A stretch of 64,000 nucleotides of DNA from Octopus vulgaris (GCA_951406725.2 OX597816.1:15438001-15502000); one strand, 5' to 3'; shown: positions 38,200-50,941, numbered from the stretch's first letter. The notes: generated by a model from the letters alone, not told the origin. A program made the numbers and translations.

Positions 38200-38770
38200 T
38201 GTTAAAGAGGATAACAAACGTTAAGGCAAAGCAAATATCTCAAGTCATATACATTATTATCATTGGGGAAAAAAAATTGAAAGTCTTACAGCTGTTTCTG
38301 GGATATCCCAAAGTATGCGATATTCCGTCATCGGAGACAAACAGGGAAAATGAGATGGGTATAGATTAATGAAATGATGACATAGAGGTCAAGAGTAAAG
38401 GAATAAGGAGATGAAGAGAAAAGAAGCATAGAAGTTCACAGTTCAACTTTCCGATCGTGTAGAATGCTTATAAGTAAGTCCGTAAGTCCTTAGGTGCAAT
38501 CCTGCGTAAATCCATGTACGTTAAAGTCCTGAAACAGCTGTAAGACTTTGAATTTGTTTTTTTCTAATAATGTATATGACTTGAGATGTTTGCCTTACCT
38601 TCACGTTTGTTGTCCTCTTTAACAATTATATATCCGCTGTATCGGAAATCTGCAATGGTTCCATAACTACCGTCTCAGCTACAACCTTGGAGCCCTAGTA
38701 ATCTGTTACAATACTTACCTAGCGTACCTAGTCGTTTAGATCACCTGTGAACTAAACCCCAATATTTTGT
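38200..38770. mobile_element. Penelope-like element terminal remnant, copy 2, longer spacer
   Basis: Inverted arms ~38201-38298 vs ~38530-38623; same downstream tail (taccgtctcagct...gtttagatcac) as the 18056 copy. Confidence 0.6.
38283..38338 (-). ncRNA. Second copy of the same hammerhead motif with a core substitution (CCGATGA)
   Basis: Minus strand gtct-CCGATGA-cggaatatc...gatatccca-GAAA-cagctg-TA-agac; homologous to 18141-18196. Confidence 0.55.
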
Positions 38771-38915
38771 GTATATGTATATATATATATATATATATTG
38801 ACAAAAACGGTAAGATAACAAAAGAAAGAAAGAAACCTCGATATTATGTAAATAGAGGAAATTATCTGTAAATGTAATATGTGACATATTGTAATATGTT
38901 ACATATTACATTTAC

Positions 38916-38957
<42 letters not shown>

Positions 38958-39140
38958 CCGCGTGTGTACCGTTGGCGATTTCTTTTCCTCCGTCTTCCCT
39001 TCTTTGGATCTTTCCTTTTCCTATGTTTCTGACGAAGAGCTCCGCTCGAAACGTTAAACCCTTCTTCTTTCTTGAGCGTCCAATAACACTATACTTGTTC
39101 CACGTCCTCACATTGTTGTGTTTTCATGTTTGGATTAACT
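38958..39140 (+). mobile_element. Short hammerhead-bearing repeat (Penelope-like family 2), copy 2
   Basis: Aligns by eye with 18476-18676; flanked by (TA)n. Confidence 0.6.
39025..39059 (+). ncRNA. Minimal hammerhead-like motif, second family, copy 2
   Basis: gttt-CTGACGA-A-gagc(tcc)gctc-GAAA-cg-TT-aaac; core identical to the 18540 copy, stem I gttt/aaac. Confidence 0.6.
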
Positions 39141-39444
39141 ATATATATATATATATTTCTATGAGTGTGTCTTCGTGTCTGTATTTGTCCCCACCAAGCC
39201 CTGACAACTGGTGTGGGTGTGTTTACCTCCCTGTAACTTAGCAGTTCGGTTATAGAAGACCGATAGAATAAGGACCAAATTTTTGAAAAAAAAAGTATCC
39301 GTGTCGATTCATTAGACTAAAATTTCTTCAAGGCGGTGCCCCAGCATGGCCGCAATCTAAAAAGATAAAAGATAATATCCGTGAGTGCATTAGGTGTTTG
39401 CATGCATGTATGAACGGAGAGATGGATTGATGGTTGGACATTTA

Positions 39445-39672
39445 AGGCGGCGAGCTGGCCGAAACGTTAGCACGCCGGGCGAAATGCTTAGCGGTTTTTC
39501 GTCTGCCGTTACGTTCTGAGTTCAAATTCCGCCGAGGTCGACTTTGCCTTTCATCCTTTCGGGGTCGATAAATTGAGTACCAGTTATGCACTGGGGTCGA
39601 TACAATCGACTTAATCTGTTTGTCCTTGTTTGTCTCCTCTGTGTTTAGCCCCTTGTGGGTAGGAAAGAAATA
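39445..39672 (+). mobile_element. SINE family B monomer
   Basis: Matches the other copies; GGTTGGACA on both sides. Confidence 0.85.
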
Positions 39673-40170
39673 GGTTGGACAGACGGACGACGGACGGATG
39701 GATGGATGATTGGACGGTCGGACAGACAGACAGACCAATGGATGGATGGAGAGCGGGAAAAAGAAATGGATGTAAAAGGTACTCAATTGTAACATGTACG
39801 TCGTCTAAGCAGCATGTTAGACCCCCGGGTAGTAGGCTGCAGCACACATAGATCAAAATTTGTCCCCTAGTTTCATGAAAACCCCGGATAATTGGCCAAG
39901 TGTGTCCATGCATTAAGAGGACACTATTCATATGTATCGAGGTAAATCTGCTCTGGATTTTTCATTGTTTCTGTGACAGGGTCATTAAACTGATGCGATC
40001 AAGGTTTGGAGAAAGTATTACCAGAGAGAGACACAGAGAGAGAGAGAGAGGCTAGCGTCCTATCCAGGAATTAGAAAGTTATTTCTTTTTCACTTAATAT
40101 TATGAAGATAAAGCGAAATACCAACTTATGATCTCCAAATCTATGTGCACCAAAATAATGAAAATATTAC

Positions 40171-40238
<68 letters not shown>

Positions 40239-40259
40239 TTGCTTCACTCTTTGTAAACG

Positions 40260-40409
40260 TGTGTGTGTGCGTGCGTGTATGTATGTACATATGTATTTAT
40301 TTATATATATGCATGTTTGCGTCTATGTGTATGTATATACAGCAGTTATACATATATATATGTATATATATATGCATACATGTAGGCATATTTTACATAT
40401 AAACATACG

Positions 40410-40491
<82 letters not shown>

Positions 40492-40642
40492 ATATATATA
40501 TATGTATGTATGTGTGTGTATACATACATATATATATATATATATAGATTGATAGATATATATATATATATACATGCATATATGTAGGTATATTTTGTAT
40601 ATAAATATACATACCTACATACATTATATATATTATATGTTT

Positions 40643-40690
<48 letters not shown>

Positions 40691-40806
40691 CATACATTCG
40701 ATTATATATACATATATACAAACATATATATATGTATGTATACATAGATACACACACACATACATATATGTATGTCTATGTATATATAATATATATGTAT
40801 ATATAA

Positions 40807-40849
<43 letters not shown>

Positions 40850-40975
40850 TATGTGTGTGTGTATATATACGCTACGCCTTCAGACATACATACAAGCATG
40901 CATATATGTGCGTATGTATATGTGTGTATATCTGAACATGTGTGTGTGTGTGTGCGTGTTTGAGTGTATATGTAT
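40260..40975. repeat. Compound (TA)n/(TG)n/(CA)n microsatellite
   Basis: Directly visible; similar at 58790-59010 and 59270-60050. Confidence 0.95.
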
Positions 40976-42399
40976 AAGATACTTTCAAAGGGAACACATT
41001 TCTTGAGGCTGATCACAAAAACATAGAAAAACTAGGCAATATATTTAAAACACGAAATTGAACTTAACAATATAAGAAATATAAAAAAAAAAAAGTTTTA
41101 AAAAATCGCTGTAAAAATACAAAAAAAAAAACTTTTTTTTTTTCTCAGAAAGAACTGGAAAGCACTTTCATATATTGCATATATCTGACCCATATATATA
41201 TATATAATTTCTTTCTCCTTTTTTTTTTTTTTTTTGTAATTATATGTAGATTTAAGCTGACTAGTGTGAATGCATTTGCTGAGAAGAAAAAAAAAATCGT
41301 TAATTATATTGTTATTATCGGAAAACCGCTTTTTCCAGGGAGATTGCGATTGTTAGTAAGACAGATACACAGAGATAATTCTATTACAGACTTTTTCCCC
41401 TTATATTTTTTATTATTGCTTCTATAATTTCACTATCACACCACACACGAAATTACTCCCACGAGATACCTTTTACTCTCTGTTCTGCTCAAATATATTC
41501 GGTATTCTTGTAATAAGTTATAAGGTATTTTATCTGTGCTTTATTAAGTCTCCGCACACACTCCAGCGTACGAATGTATGTCTGCAAGTAAGTATGTAAG
41601 TGCTCTGATCATCTGAGACACGCCATTGGCTATACGATGCGACGTCATAGTTTGTGTATGTGAGGAAGGTCAGGTTTCGTTTAGTAGTTCCCGTACTGTG
41701 CGGGTCGCCAGTTCTGTAGATAGCATGACCCTCCGTATATACAGGTCGAGGAAACCAGCGGCATTTGTCCATTTCTTTTGACGCTTAACTTATGTTTTTT
41801 TATACACACATCTCACCGGACCAGATGGATTTTAGCCGTTGAATATTGATATTTATTTATATTCTTCTACTTCGAGAGCGAACTTTCTTCGTTGTGTTGA
41901 TTGCAAGCGTGCATCTGAGTTCGCTTATTTTCACTTTGTCTAGATTGCATTTATATATAATAATATACACATACATATGTACATATATATTTAAACATCA
42001 ATATTTTTTATTTACAAATGCCTCATTGTGCTTAATCTGAAATATCTGTTTGAGAGCAGTTCTTTTTTAACCGGCGAACTACATTTATACACAATTTTAT
42101 TATCCCACTTGTTGTTGTGTGTGCGTAAGGAAATATCAGCTGTTACTTTCTTTCATTCATATTGTTTCAAATCGAACTTGGTACCAAATTCGCTTCATAG
42201 TCAGCCATTACAGAAGTATTTCATGCGAAAATCCACAACCAATTCTGTAAAGAACTGCTATATAGATAAAGTGTCTTTTCTATGTTTGAAGATATTGTAA
42301 AGAATATTGAAGAGTAAGCAAGTTGAATCACACGGCAGCGTAGCAACATTGGTGGTATATTTTTTTTCCGGAGGTAACCAACGACAAGAACTCACTGAA

Positions 42400-42535
42400 A
42401 TTCGGGACTTTAAGCATGAGAACTTGGATTTTGACTACTCCAACCGTAGCGCAGGGAATACCTTCTTGACGTGAGGAATTACAGGTTATTTTAAGTCATA
42501 ACTGACAAAACCCGCACGGAGTTTATAAATAGGAG
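42400..42535 (+). promoter_or_regulatory. Candidate proximal promoter of the TNF-like gene
   Basis: TATAAATA at 42524-42531, CRE-like TGACGTGA 42467-42474, kappaB-like GGGAATACCT 42454-42463 and GGGACTTTAA 42404-42413, in unique sequence ~390-510 bp upstream of the ATG. Motif matches only. Confidence 0.45.
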
Positions 42536-42912
42536 TGGAACCGATACCATCGTGTTAAGCGGGAGAAAAAGCACACCGATTCCAAGTGCAGTTTTATGTG
42601 TTTATACTTGTGTTATGCATGAATGTGTGTATGTATTTACATGTATGTAGATGAATATATCTGTTGAATACGAGTTTATGAGTTTCAGGGAACTACCGAA
42701 AATTACATATATATATATTTTTTAAATTTGAGATAAAACATTCTAAGCGTAAACAACCTGGTGGCTACCAACTGGGATCTCATAGGTTGAAACGAAGGGT
42801 CGACACAGTGAAAATTGCCAGCACGGTTGATATAACAAAATAAAGAATTAAGGAAATAATTGAAAGAGTGAGAGAAAAAGTTGCGTGAAAGAGGTGTGAT
42901 ATAAAATATAAA

Positions 42913-43329
42913 ATGATGTCGAACTTACCCGAGTTTGCCCCTCTTCAGAAGGGGCAACCTTCGAATGTCGAACATAAGCAACAAATGGATACGATTATGG
43001 AAGAACTAAAGGTGCTAAATAATAAGGTTCGTGCACTTTTCGTCTCGGTTTTAGTCGGCATCGTGGTGTTAATTATTGTTATAGCTGTACTATTCGTAAA
43101 CTTCAATAGTGAACTTAAGAACCATTCTCATGCACCGAAGGTCGGGGAACAAATATCTAAAATGTTAAATCGCGAAAACGAGGAATTATGTGTTCCATGT
43201 GACAACCTGAGACTCGGTCCCAGTATCGAAGAAGACAGATTTTTGGACAAGCTTACAAGGAAAGATGATCCTAAAGGGGAGCAGTGTTGTGTTGAAAGTC
43301 CAAAACAGTTACTGGATATGCTCAATCTA
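42913..43329 (+). CDS. First coding exon (139 codons, phase-0 donor) of a type II single-pass membrane protein, probably a TNF-superfamily ligand
   Basis: ATG in AAAATGATG context; non-repetitive ORF with hydrophobic stretch ALFVSVLVGIVVLIIVIAVLFV after ~40 aa, then LCVPCDNLRLGP...EQCC; ends at CTA|GTAAGT (GT at 43330). Topology and Cys-rich stalk match my recollection of molluscan TNF ligands. The TNF homology domain is not seen in the window, so the family call is weaker than the exon call. Confidence 0.75.
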
Positions 43330-43442
43330 GTAAGTCAATTTGTTTTAATATTTTATTATAAATCAAAGTAACCTTATTAAAACTATGTTGAGATTAACAA
43401 CAACAACAATAACGACAACAAAAACAGGATCAATGACAAATG

Positions 43443-43483
<41 letters not shown>

Positions 43484-43565
43484 TTAATTAAGGGTAGAAA
43501 TTGATATTTATCAATTAAAACCAGTGGTCTAGCATATAAAAAAAGAATCCGAAGATTAAAATATT

Positions 43566-43775
43566 TATATATACCAATTAAGGGCTGAACACGAATAGTG
43601 GACAGTCAACATGCTAGATATAGACGTCAAATCGCCATTCTCCACAAAGATTATGTTCTCAAATCAAACTTTTGTGCTGAGTTTGATTTGAGAACATAAT
43701 CTTTTGTGGAGAATGGCGATTTGACGTCTATATCTAGCATGTTGACTGTCCACTTTTCGTGTTCAGTCCTTAATT

Positions 43776-43785
<10 letters not shown>
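43566..43785. repeat. Long near-perfect inverted repeat (~105 bp arms, 9 nt loop)
   Basis: 43566-43670 is the reverse complement of 43680-43785 with about 3 differences; loop TTTGTGCTG. Confidence 0.95.
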
Positions 43786-43820
<35 letters not shown>

Positions 43821-44260
43821 TATCATATATTATAATATCAATAGCACAGTATCTAACGTGTTGTGGTTCCAAATTCTCATATTTGCTGTTTGCCAGATTC
43901 ACTTCTCCTTTACATTGTTTGTTGATAACCAAGACTTAGCCGCGCGCGTGTGTACATGCATAGCTTTGTGTTTACGTGTGTGTGTGTGAATGTGTACATG
44001 CGTATATCTGTTTATTTGTGTGTGTGAGAGAGAGAGAGAGATGGAGTGTGTACATACGTACTCCTGTTTGTGTGAGTGTGACCGCGTACATATGTACCTC
44101 TGTGTGTGTGTGTAATTCAATGTGTTTGTGTGACTACCTACATACCTACCTCTGTATATTTATGTATGTGTGATTGGGTATGCATGTATGAGTGTGTGTA
44201 CATGTATGTGCATGTTTGTGTGTGTAATCTGTATGCATATCTATCTATCTATCTACCCAC

Positions 44261-44308
<48 letters not shown>

Positions 44309-44309
44309 A

Positions 44310-44372
<63 letters not shown>

Positions 44373-46326
44373 TTAATCTCAGCGTAAATATATGTACATA
44401 ATTGCGTGTGTGTGTGTTTGTGCCCATATATGTATGTATATGCGTGAGTGCGTGCACGCGAGGAGAAAGAAAGAAATTATTGACATTTCTGTGTTATAGT
44501 AAAGCAATCCTGCTACTATCAACAACATTGTGACAGATGGTGGGGGGTGCGGCGGTGAGCGAACCACTTGCAACGAACCGGTTTCGATATCTGTTTGTAA
44601 TTGCTTTATTTCACTCACGTGCATCGCTAATTGCCCCAAAGAAAGATGTGAAACCAATACGACGTTGCCCAAACAATATCGACAACCCTGAAAAATCTGT
44701 GTTAAGCCTTTATGCTATTAAAACAAGCCAACTGCAAATAAGAGTTCCGTATATTTTTTCTATACACTAGCATATCAGTCTGTTTATTATCTATCTATCT
44801 ATCTATCTATCTATATTTCTGCATATCTGTGTGTGTGTATTTATTGCACACACAAGTCTTACCCATAAAACATACATGCGTGTATGTGTGTATTCAAACA
44901 TAGTATAGTTATTCGCACATACTCTTTCTATATATTTTTCACAACTTTCCCACCGTTGATTAGTTCTCTATTTTTTACTGCCGAATCTTTCGTTTTATGT
45001 GTATTATTTTATATAAAACAACTACACACATCAGTTGGTGTCTTCCGTATACTATTCAATATAAAATATCTACACACAATAGTGTTAAACGTTAAAGTTA
45101 TTTTGTACAAAAACATCTTCACACGTCAATCAATGTCGTTTGTGTGTACCAACAGATATACAGACAAGAAAATACACTACCCCACCCATCCATAACCCTG
45201 GGTGAGATAAAGCCGCTGAAGTATGATAAGTAATTAATTAATCTCTATTAAATTGACAAATAACCTGAAATGTATTTACAAGGGTGACAAACAAGTGCTT
45301 TTTTATGTGTAAAAGTGATTAAGTTGTTTGGTTCGTATCGTCTCTGATCGAACCGTCGACATTCTGGCTTTCCTATAATCAGAGATTTATTATTCATTCT
45401 AACAATAACCAGTGCCGACTTTAAGCAAATTGCCCGCGGGTACCCGCGGGGCTAGGGGTTCAATGCTAATCTGTTTATGTTGTTGTGTATGTAGGGGGCC
45501 TCCGTACTTTACTTTGCCGGGGATGGGGAGCGGCTATCATTCTGTTAAAATGGCCCTAGTTGTGGCCACACACGGCTTTTTTTTTTCATGTACAGTCTTA
45601 CCCTCGGTGTATGTTATCGACTGTCCCACTTTTTCTTTATTTTTTTTAATTTTTAATACGGTAGGATGTGATTTGAAGGTAATTTGGCCGCTATTTCCAG
45701 CTCGTCGTGCAACCACTTAAAGGCGCCCTCTTGTTAAGCAATGAACTGTAGACTAGTAAATCCCTGTGAAACCGAGAAGGTTGGCAGAAACGTAGAGTGA
45801 CGGTCACTTAGTTACGGTCATCCTCCACTCTCTCAGTTCAAATCTCACCGGGATCAACGTAGCGTTTTATCTTTGTAGGGTCGATAAACAATGCCGTCTT
45901 AAGGCGTGGACACACTGGGAAGTTACCCGAGGACCTCACTGGTCTAGGGGCCAGATTCTGATTTATTGTTGTCAATAGATGAATACACTGGCGCTCAGTG
46001 CCTTGAATTGCTTGGGGGCCTATAAAATACCCCTAAGATGGCTCAGTCGATAAAATTGGAAAATACTGGGGTCGATTTATATTTTCTTACGATGCATAAT
46101 ATGTTGTTTTTGTGTTTTAAATATTCCGGACTCTTTCTCATCCTATTCAAACACTTAAACATCTCCAGAGGAGATGCATGGCAACTATCAAAGTTGTTAT
46201 TCTCCCCTCGCCGGTGTCTGAAATCGATAGAAATATTCGCCCATTGGCTGGAGGCCGATGACCGAGTCTATCACACAGCAGCACATAAAATACACACACA
46301 CAAACTGCTTTATGTGTGCCTGTGTG

Positions 46327-46376
<50 letters not shown>

Positions 46377-46481
46377 CATACACACACACACATACACTCA
46401 TATTGTGCATGTGTGTGTGTAGTAAGCAATAACAAAGCATAGTATGATTTCAATATACTAGCATACACACACACATACACA

Positions 46482-46697
46482 CGAAGGGTTGCTGAAAAGT
46501 TTTGGCTTTAAGGGTGCCGCGAAAGGCCTGGCTGGAGGCTCAGCCTTCCGAGGTCTTTTACAGGGCTTAGAAAAACTGAAGGACCACTGCAATAAGTGCG
46601 TGAATCTGAGAGGGGAATATGTTGGATAAAATCTTAATTAACTGATTTCCTTGTATTTTCTTTCACCCAAAGCCAGGAACTTTTCCACCCCAACCCC
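46482..46697 (+). mobile_element. Mariner-derived MITE, copy 3
   Basis: Internal sequence encodes TGLEKLKDHCNKCVNLRGEYVG*, the last residues of a mariner transposase. Confidence 0.75.
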
Positions 46698-47737
46698 ACA
46701 TGTGTGTATATGTATATATATATATAAACACATACGCACATTCGTATGCATGTGTATTATGTTAGTGGTCTACCCGCGGTCTCGAGTACTCTTCCCTATG
46801 TTCGCATCTCTGACATACACAGGCGCGAGTGCGATGATGAGCTATCGGTATGATAAATGTATTTGATGAGGGCGGCCTGTACCGCTCTAATTCGTATGTG
46901 TGTGTGTGTGTGTTTTAAATATAGGGCATCATGAACAATGATGCTTCATGGGAAGACACATGCATCTGTACTATATAAGGGCTGGATTGAGGAGTGAAAT
47001 AGGGAGCTGCTTAGGGGATGTTTTACACGGCATGTTAATCATGCGCGCGCACATACATGCATATACACACGCATACACACGTATCAAGATGTGTTTTTTT
47101 TTACAAATGTAACAGATATTTATGTAAAGGGCAGACAAGGGTTTGTGAAAAAACAGCAGGAAGTGCATGGTGTGGGGGAAGAAACGCAGAGGTAATGCGA
47201 ACACTTCCATCTCCCAGCATGCATGGCATCGTGGTTTGCATTCATGTGATGCTGGTGGCGTTTCCACAGCATGGTCGCATTGTTATTGTAGTTGGTTAGA
47301 GCAGAGGTATAATAAAAAGCATGTGACCATCCCATCTTTTTCTTATTTGCAAAGGGACCTTGGCCCACGTGGATTTTCATTTTATGGTAACGCTCGATTT
47401 GAAAGAGATTTAGCTGCTAACTTTAGCAATTCGATCTACTACGTAGGGCTTGCCTTAATGGTTTGACTCTCTACATTGTCCCTGGGCTGTGGTGTAGCAG
47501 CAGTGTGTGTGTGGTGCCCTGAGTAACCCTTGAGTTTGTCAGTTTGTCGTCCTCCCAGCTTCCGGGTTCCCCAAACATATACAAGTTTATAGACGTTACC
47601 CAAGAGTGCCGCCCACATCGTCCGGGGCGGGCCGCCCTCCTCGTCTGCCTCTAGCTACGCTACTGCGCCTGGACAAGTGTCTTTGTTTTCCTGCACAGAC
47701 TTGAATTATTACAAGCTTTCTGAGTAGAACTGTGTTG

Positions 47738-47800
47738 ATGGATAGATAGATAGATAGACAGACAGACTGATGGATAGATAGACAGACAGACAGACTGATG

Positions 47801-47858
<58 letters not shown>

Positions 47859-47887
47859 CAGACTGATGGACAGACAGACAGACAGAC

Positions 47888-47952
<65 letters not shown>
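47738..47952. repeat. (GATA)n/(GACA)n microsatellite
   Basis: Directly visible; (TATC)n also at 40171-40218 and 44238-44372. Confidence 0.95.
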
Positions 47953-48893
47953 TATAAAGACATAATTATATAGTGAAACTGTCCTACATGTCAAAGATTG
48001 CATTGTGAAATGTAAGGCATTTGTAAGGCATTAGGGTGTGATTTTCTATTCTACTTCCATTTCTACTTGGTTGAGTGACCTATATATATATACACACTTA
48101 AATAATTTGCTTTATACAGTTCCTAACAATATTTATTTATGAAAATTTACTATGAGTTTTTAAAATTTTGAATGGTTCTGAGGGTTCATCTGAGCAAAAT
48201 AGGAATCAAAAAGGTTCATAGGTGAAAAATGGTTGAACCACTTCCTTCTCTGTATAAACACATCATGTGTGTATTAGTGTGTATGTGTGTGTCCCTCGTT
48301 TGTTAATAAATCTCATAAGTTAGTGGTTGGAGAAATAGAGTTAAAATAAGTACCAGACTTTAAAATAGTGGGTTCAATTTCATTGACTATATCCTCAAAG
48401 GTGGAACCCTAGCTTGACTACAATCCAATGGCTTAAACCAGTAGTTTAAATATATAGTTCATTCAGCCAAGTAGAAATAGTAGCCATGTCTCCTCCAAAT
48501 CACACCCTAATGCATTACAAAGGGCAGGACACATTTCACAATGTAATCTTTGATATATAGGACAGTTTCATTATATCCGGCCATCGGAAAAACGCTCATG
48601 GATTTCCACCTTGGCATCCAAAACTCAGAGTTTTATCTTGGCTACCGAATAATTGTCACATATTACATTTACAGATAAATTCCTCTATTTACATAATATT
48701 GAGGTCTCTTTCTTTCTTCTGTTATCTTACCATTTTTACCTATATATACATATATATATATCAATAAATGGTGGGGTTGTGTTGACCGCACGTGGAGAAA
48801 TGATAGGCAAGGAAAAATTATAAAAAGGCAGAATGCTAAATTGAAAGAAAATTTTGATGAAAATGGGTGTATGGAAAATTTTGAAAAATTGAT

Positions 48894-48940
<47 letters not shown>

Positions 48941-48944
<4 letters not shown>

Positions 48945-49230
48945 CACCATCCGATCGTGGCCGTTGCCAGCCTCGCCTGGCCCCCGTGCCGGTGGCACGT
49001 AAAAAGCACCATCCGTCCGTGGCCGTTTGCCAGCTCCGTCTGGCACCTGTGCGGGTGGCACGTAAAAAGCACCCACTACACTCACGGAGTGGTTGGCGTT
49101 AGGAAGGGCATCCAGCTGTAGAAACACTGCCAGATCAGACTGGAGCCTGATGCAGCCTTCTGGCTTCACAGACCCCAGTTGAACCGTCCAACCCATGCTA
49201 GCATGGAAAGCGGACGCTAAATGATGATGA
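48941..49230 (+). mobile_element. (GAT)n-tailed SINE-like family D with internal ~57 bp tandem units
   Basis: GGTTGGCGTTAGGAAGGGCATCCAGCTG core; repeated GGTGGCACGTAAAAAGCACC units; inverted copy at 49950-50285. Confidence 0.75.
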
Positions 49231-49713
49231 TATATATATATATAAGCCTGCCTGCTTGTCTGTCTGTCTGTCTGCTGTCTATCAGTCTGACTATTTATCT
49301 CTTCATCTATCTATCCATCCATCCATCCATCATTCAATCTATCCATCTATCTATCTATTTCTGTATGTATAAGACAAGTTGATAAATTGATTAGGCCGGA
49401 ATGCTTTTGTTCTTAGACGTCCTCTGTCAATGTTGACCTGGCCTAAACCACAACAACAACAAAAACAACACACACACACACTCAAGTGTGAAAAAAATGA
49501 ATCTCCAATAGTTTCAGTGATGAAGATTCAGTTGTTTGAATCACCTTCTCCTTCCTTGGATCAGCGTGTAAATGGCGGAATATTCTCCAGGCATGTGCTC
49601 CCTTAATGTAATACTCAGGTAGAATCAACTTAACACAGCTGTTAACTGTAGATCATTAATGCATTGACACTTATATGTACAATACATATTTTATGCACTT
49701 TGTCTGTGTATGC

Positions 49714-49749
<36 letters not shown>

Positions 49750-49949
49750 ACTCCTTCCTTCTTTCTTTTCTTTCTTCCTGTCTTTATTTTTTTTCTTCCC
49801 CTAACCAAGCCTCCAAAAATTCACCACATACTTACAGACACATATATATATATATACGCATACACATATAGACTCCAAATAACAAAAGCACATTCTCTTC
49901 TCAATTCAACTCCAGATTTGTCCAAACTTACATATATGTATATATATAT

Positions 49950-50285
49950 ATCATCATCATCGTTTAACGTCCGTTTTCCGCGCTAGCACGGGTTGGACGG
50001 TTCGACCGGGGTCTGGGAAGCCAGGGCTGCACCAGGCTCCAGTCTGATCTGGCAGTGTTTCTACAGCTGGATGCCCTTCCTAACGCCAACCACTCCGCGA
50101 GTGTAGTGGGTGCTTTTTACGTGCCACCTGCACAGGTGCCAGGGGGGTCTGGTATCGGCCACGATCGGTTGGTGCTTTTAACATGCCACCGGCACGGAAG
50201 CCAGCCAAGGCGGCACTGGCATCGGCCACGTTCGGATGGTGCTTTTTATGTGCCACTGGCACAGAAGCCAGTCGAGGCGGCACTG
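49950..50285 (-). mobile_element. SINE-like family D, inverted copy
   Basis: Reverse complement of 48941-49230 with three internal units. Confidence 0.75.
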
Positions 50286-50503
50286 ATATATATATAATAG
50301 GCATAAATTTTCTGTAAAAATATCATTCTTGATGAATCTCTAAAATGAGGTGAACTAAATAAATAATTATCCAAAGTCCTACCTTCTTTTTTCTTATATA
50401 AAATTTGTACACCACTTCAAACAATCTCTCTCTCCTTACATATAAATATATATAAATTCATGCCAGCATGAAAGATGGCCATCAAACAATGATGATGATG
50501 ATG

Positions 50504-50555
<52 letters not shown>

Positions 50556-50907
50556 GGAAGGCTTGCCTGTGTGGTTAACAACTTTGTTTCCCATCCGTGT
50601 GTTTTTGGAAAGTATTTCAAATATACCCCTGACCCAATCTAATGTTTGTGAGTGGATTTAACTAAGTATAAAAACTGAAAGAAGCCCAAAATATTTATAT
50701 AATCATGTGTGTGTTTGTGTTTCTCTGTCTTGGCTTCATGTGATAGTTGTAAACGAGTGTTACTATCATACAATGTTGTTCATGTCCAGCTGTGGTTAGA
50801 AACAAGTGTGGGTTAGTAGCAGCAAGAGCATCTAACTATAGAATATCAGTCTCAAGGAAGCCTATCTGATCCATGCAAGCATGGAGAAGTGATATTGGTG
50901 ATATATG

Positions 50908-50941
<34 letters not shown>

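Noticed and set aside
43330-43371. ORF extension VSQFVLIFYYKSK* making a single-exon 152 aa protein
   Set aside because: Begins exactly at a consensus GTAAGT donor and is AT-rich intron-like sequence.
44537-44770. ORF MVGGAAVSEPLATNRF after a CAG as candidate exon
   Set aside because: No polypyrimidine tract, no clear donor, no recognisable protein features.
50089-50285. CRISPR-like repeat-spacer appearance of GGTGCTTTTTACGTGCCAC units
   Set aside because: Spacers are homologous to each other, the context is eukaryotic and there are no cas genes; it is an internal minisatellite of a retroposon.
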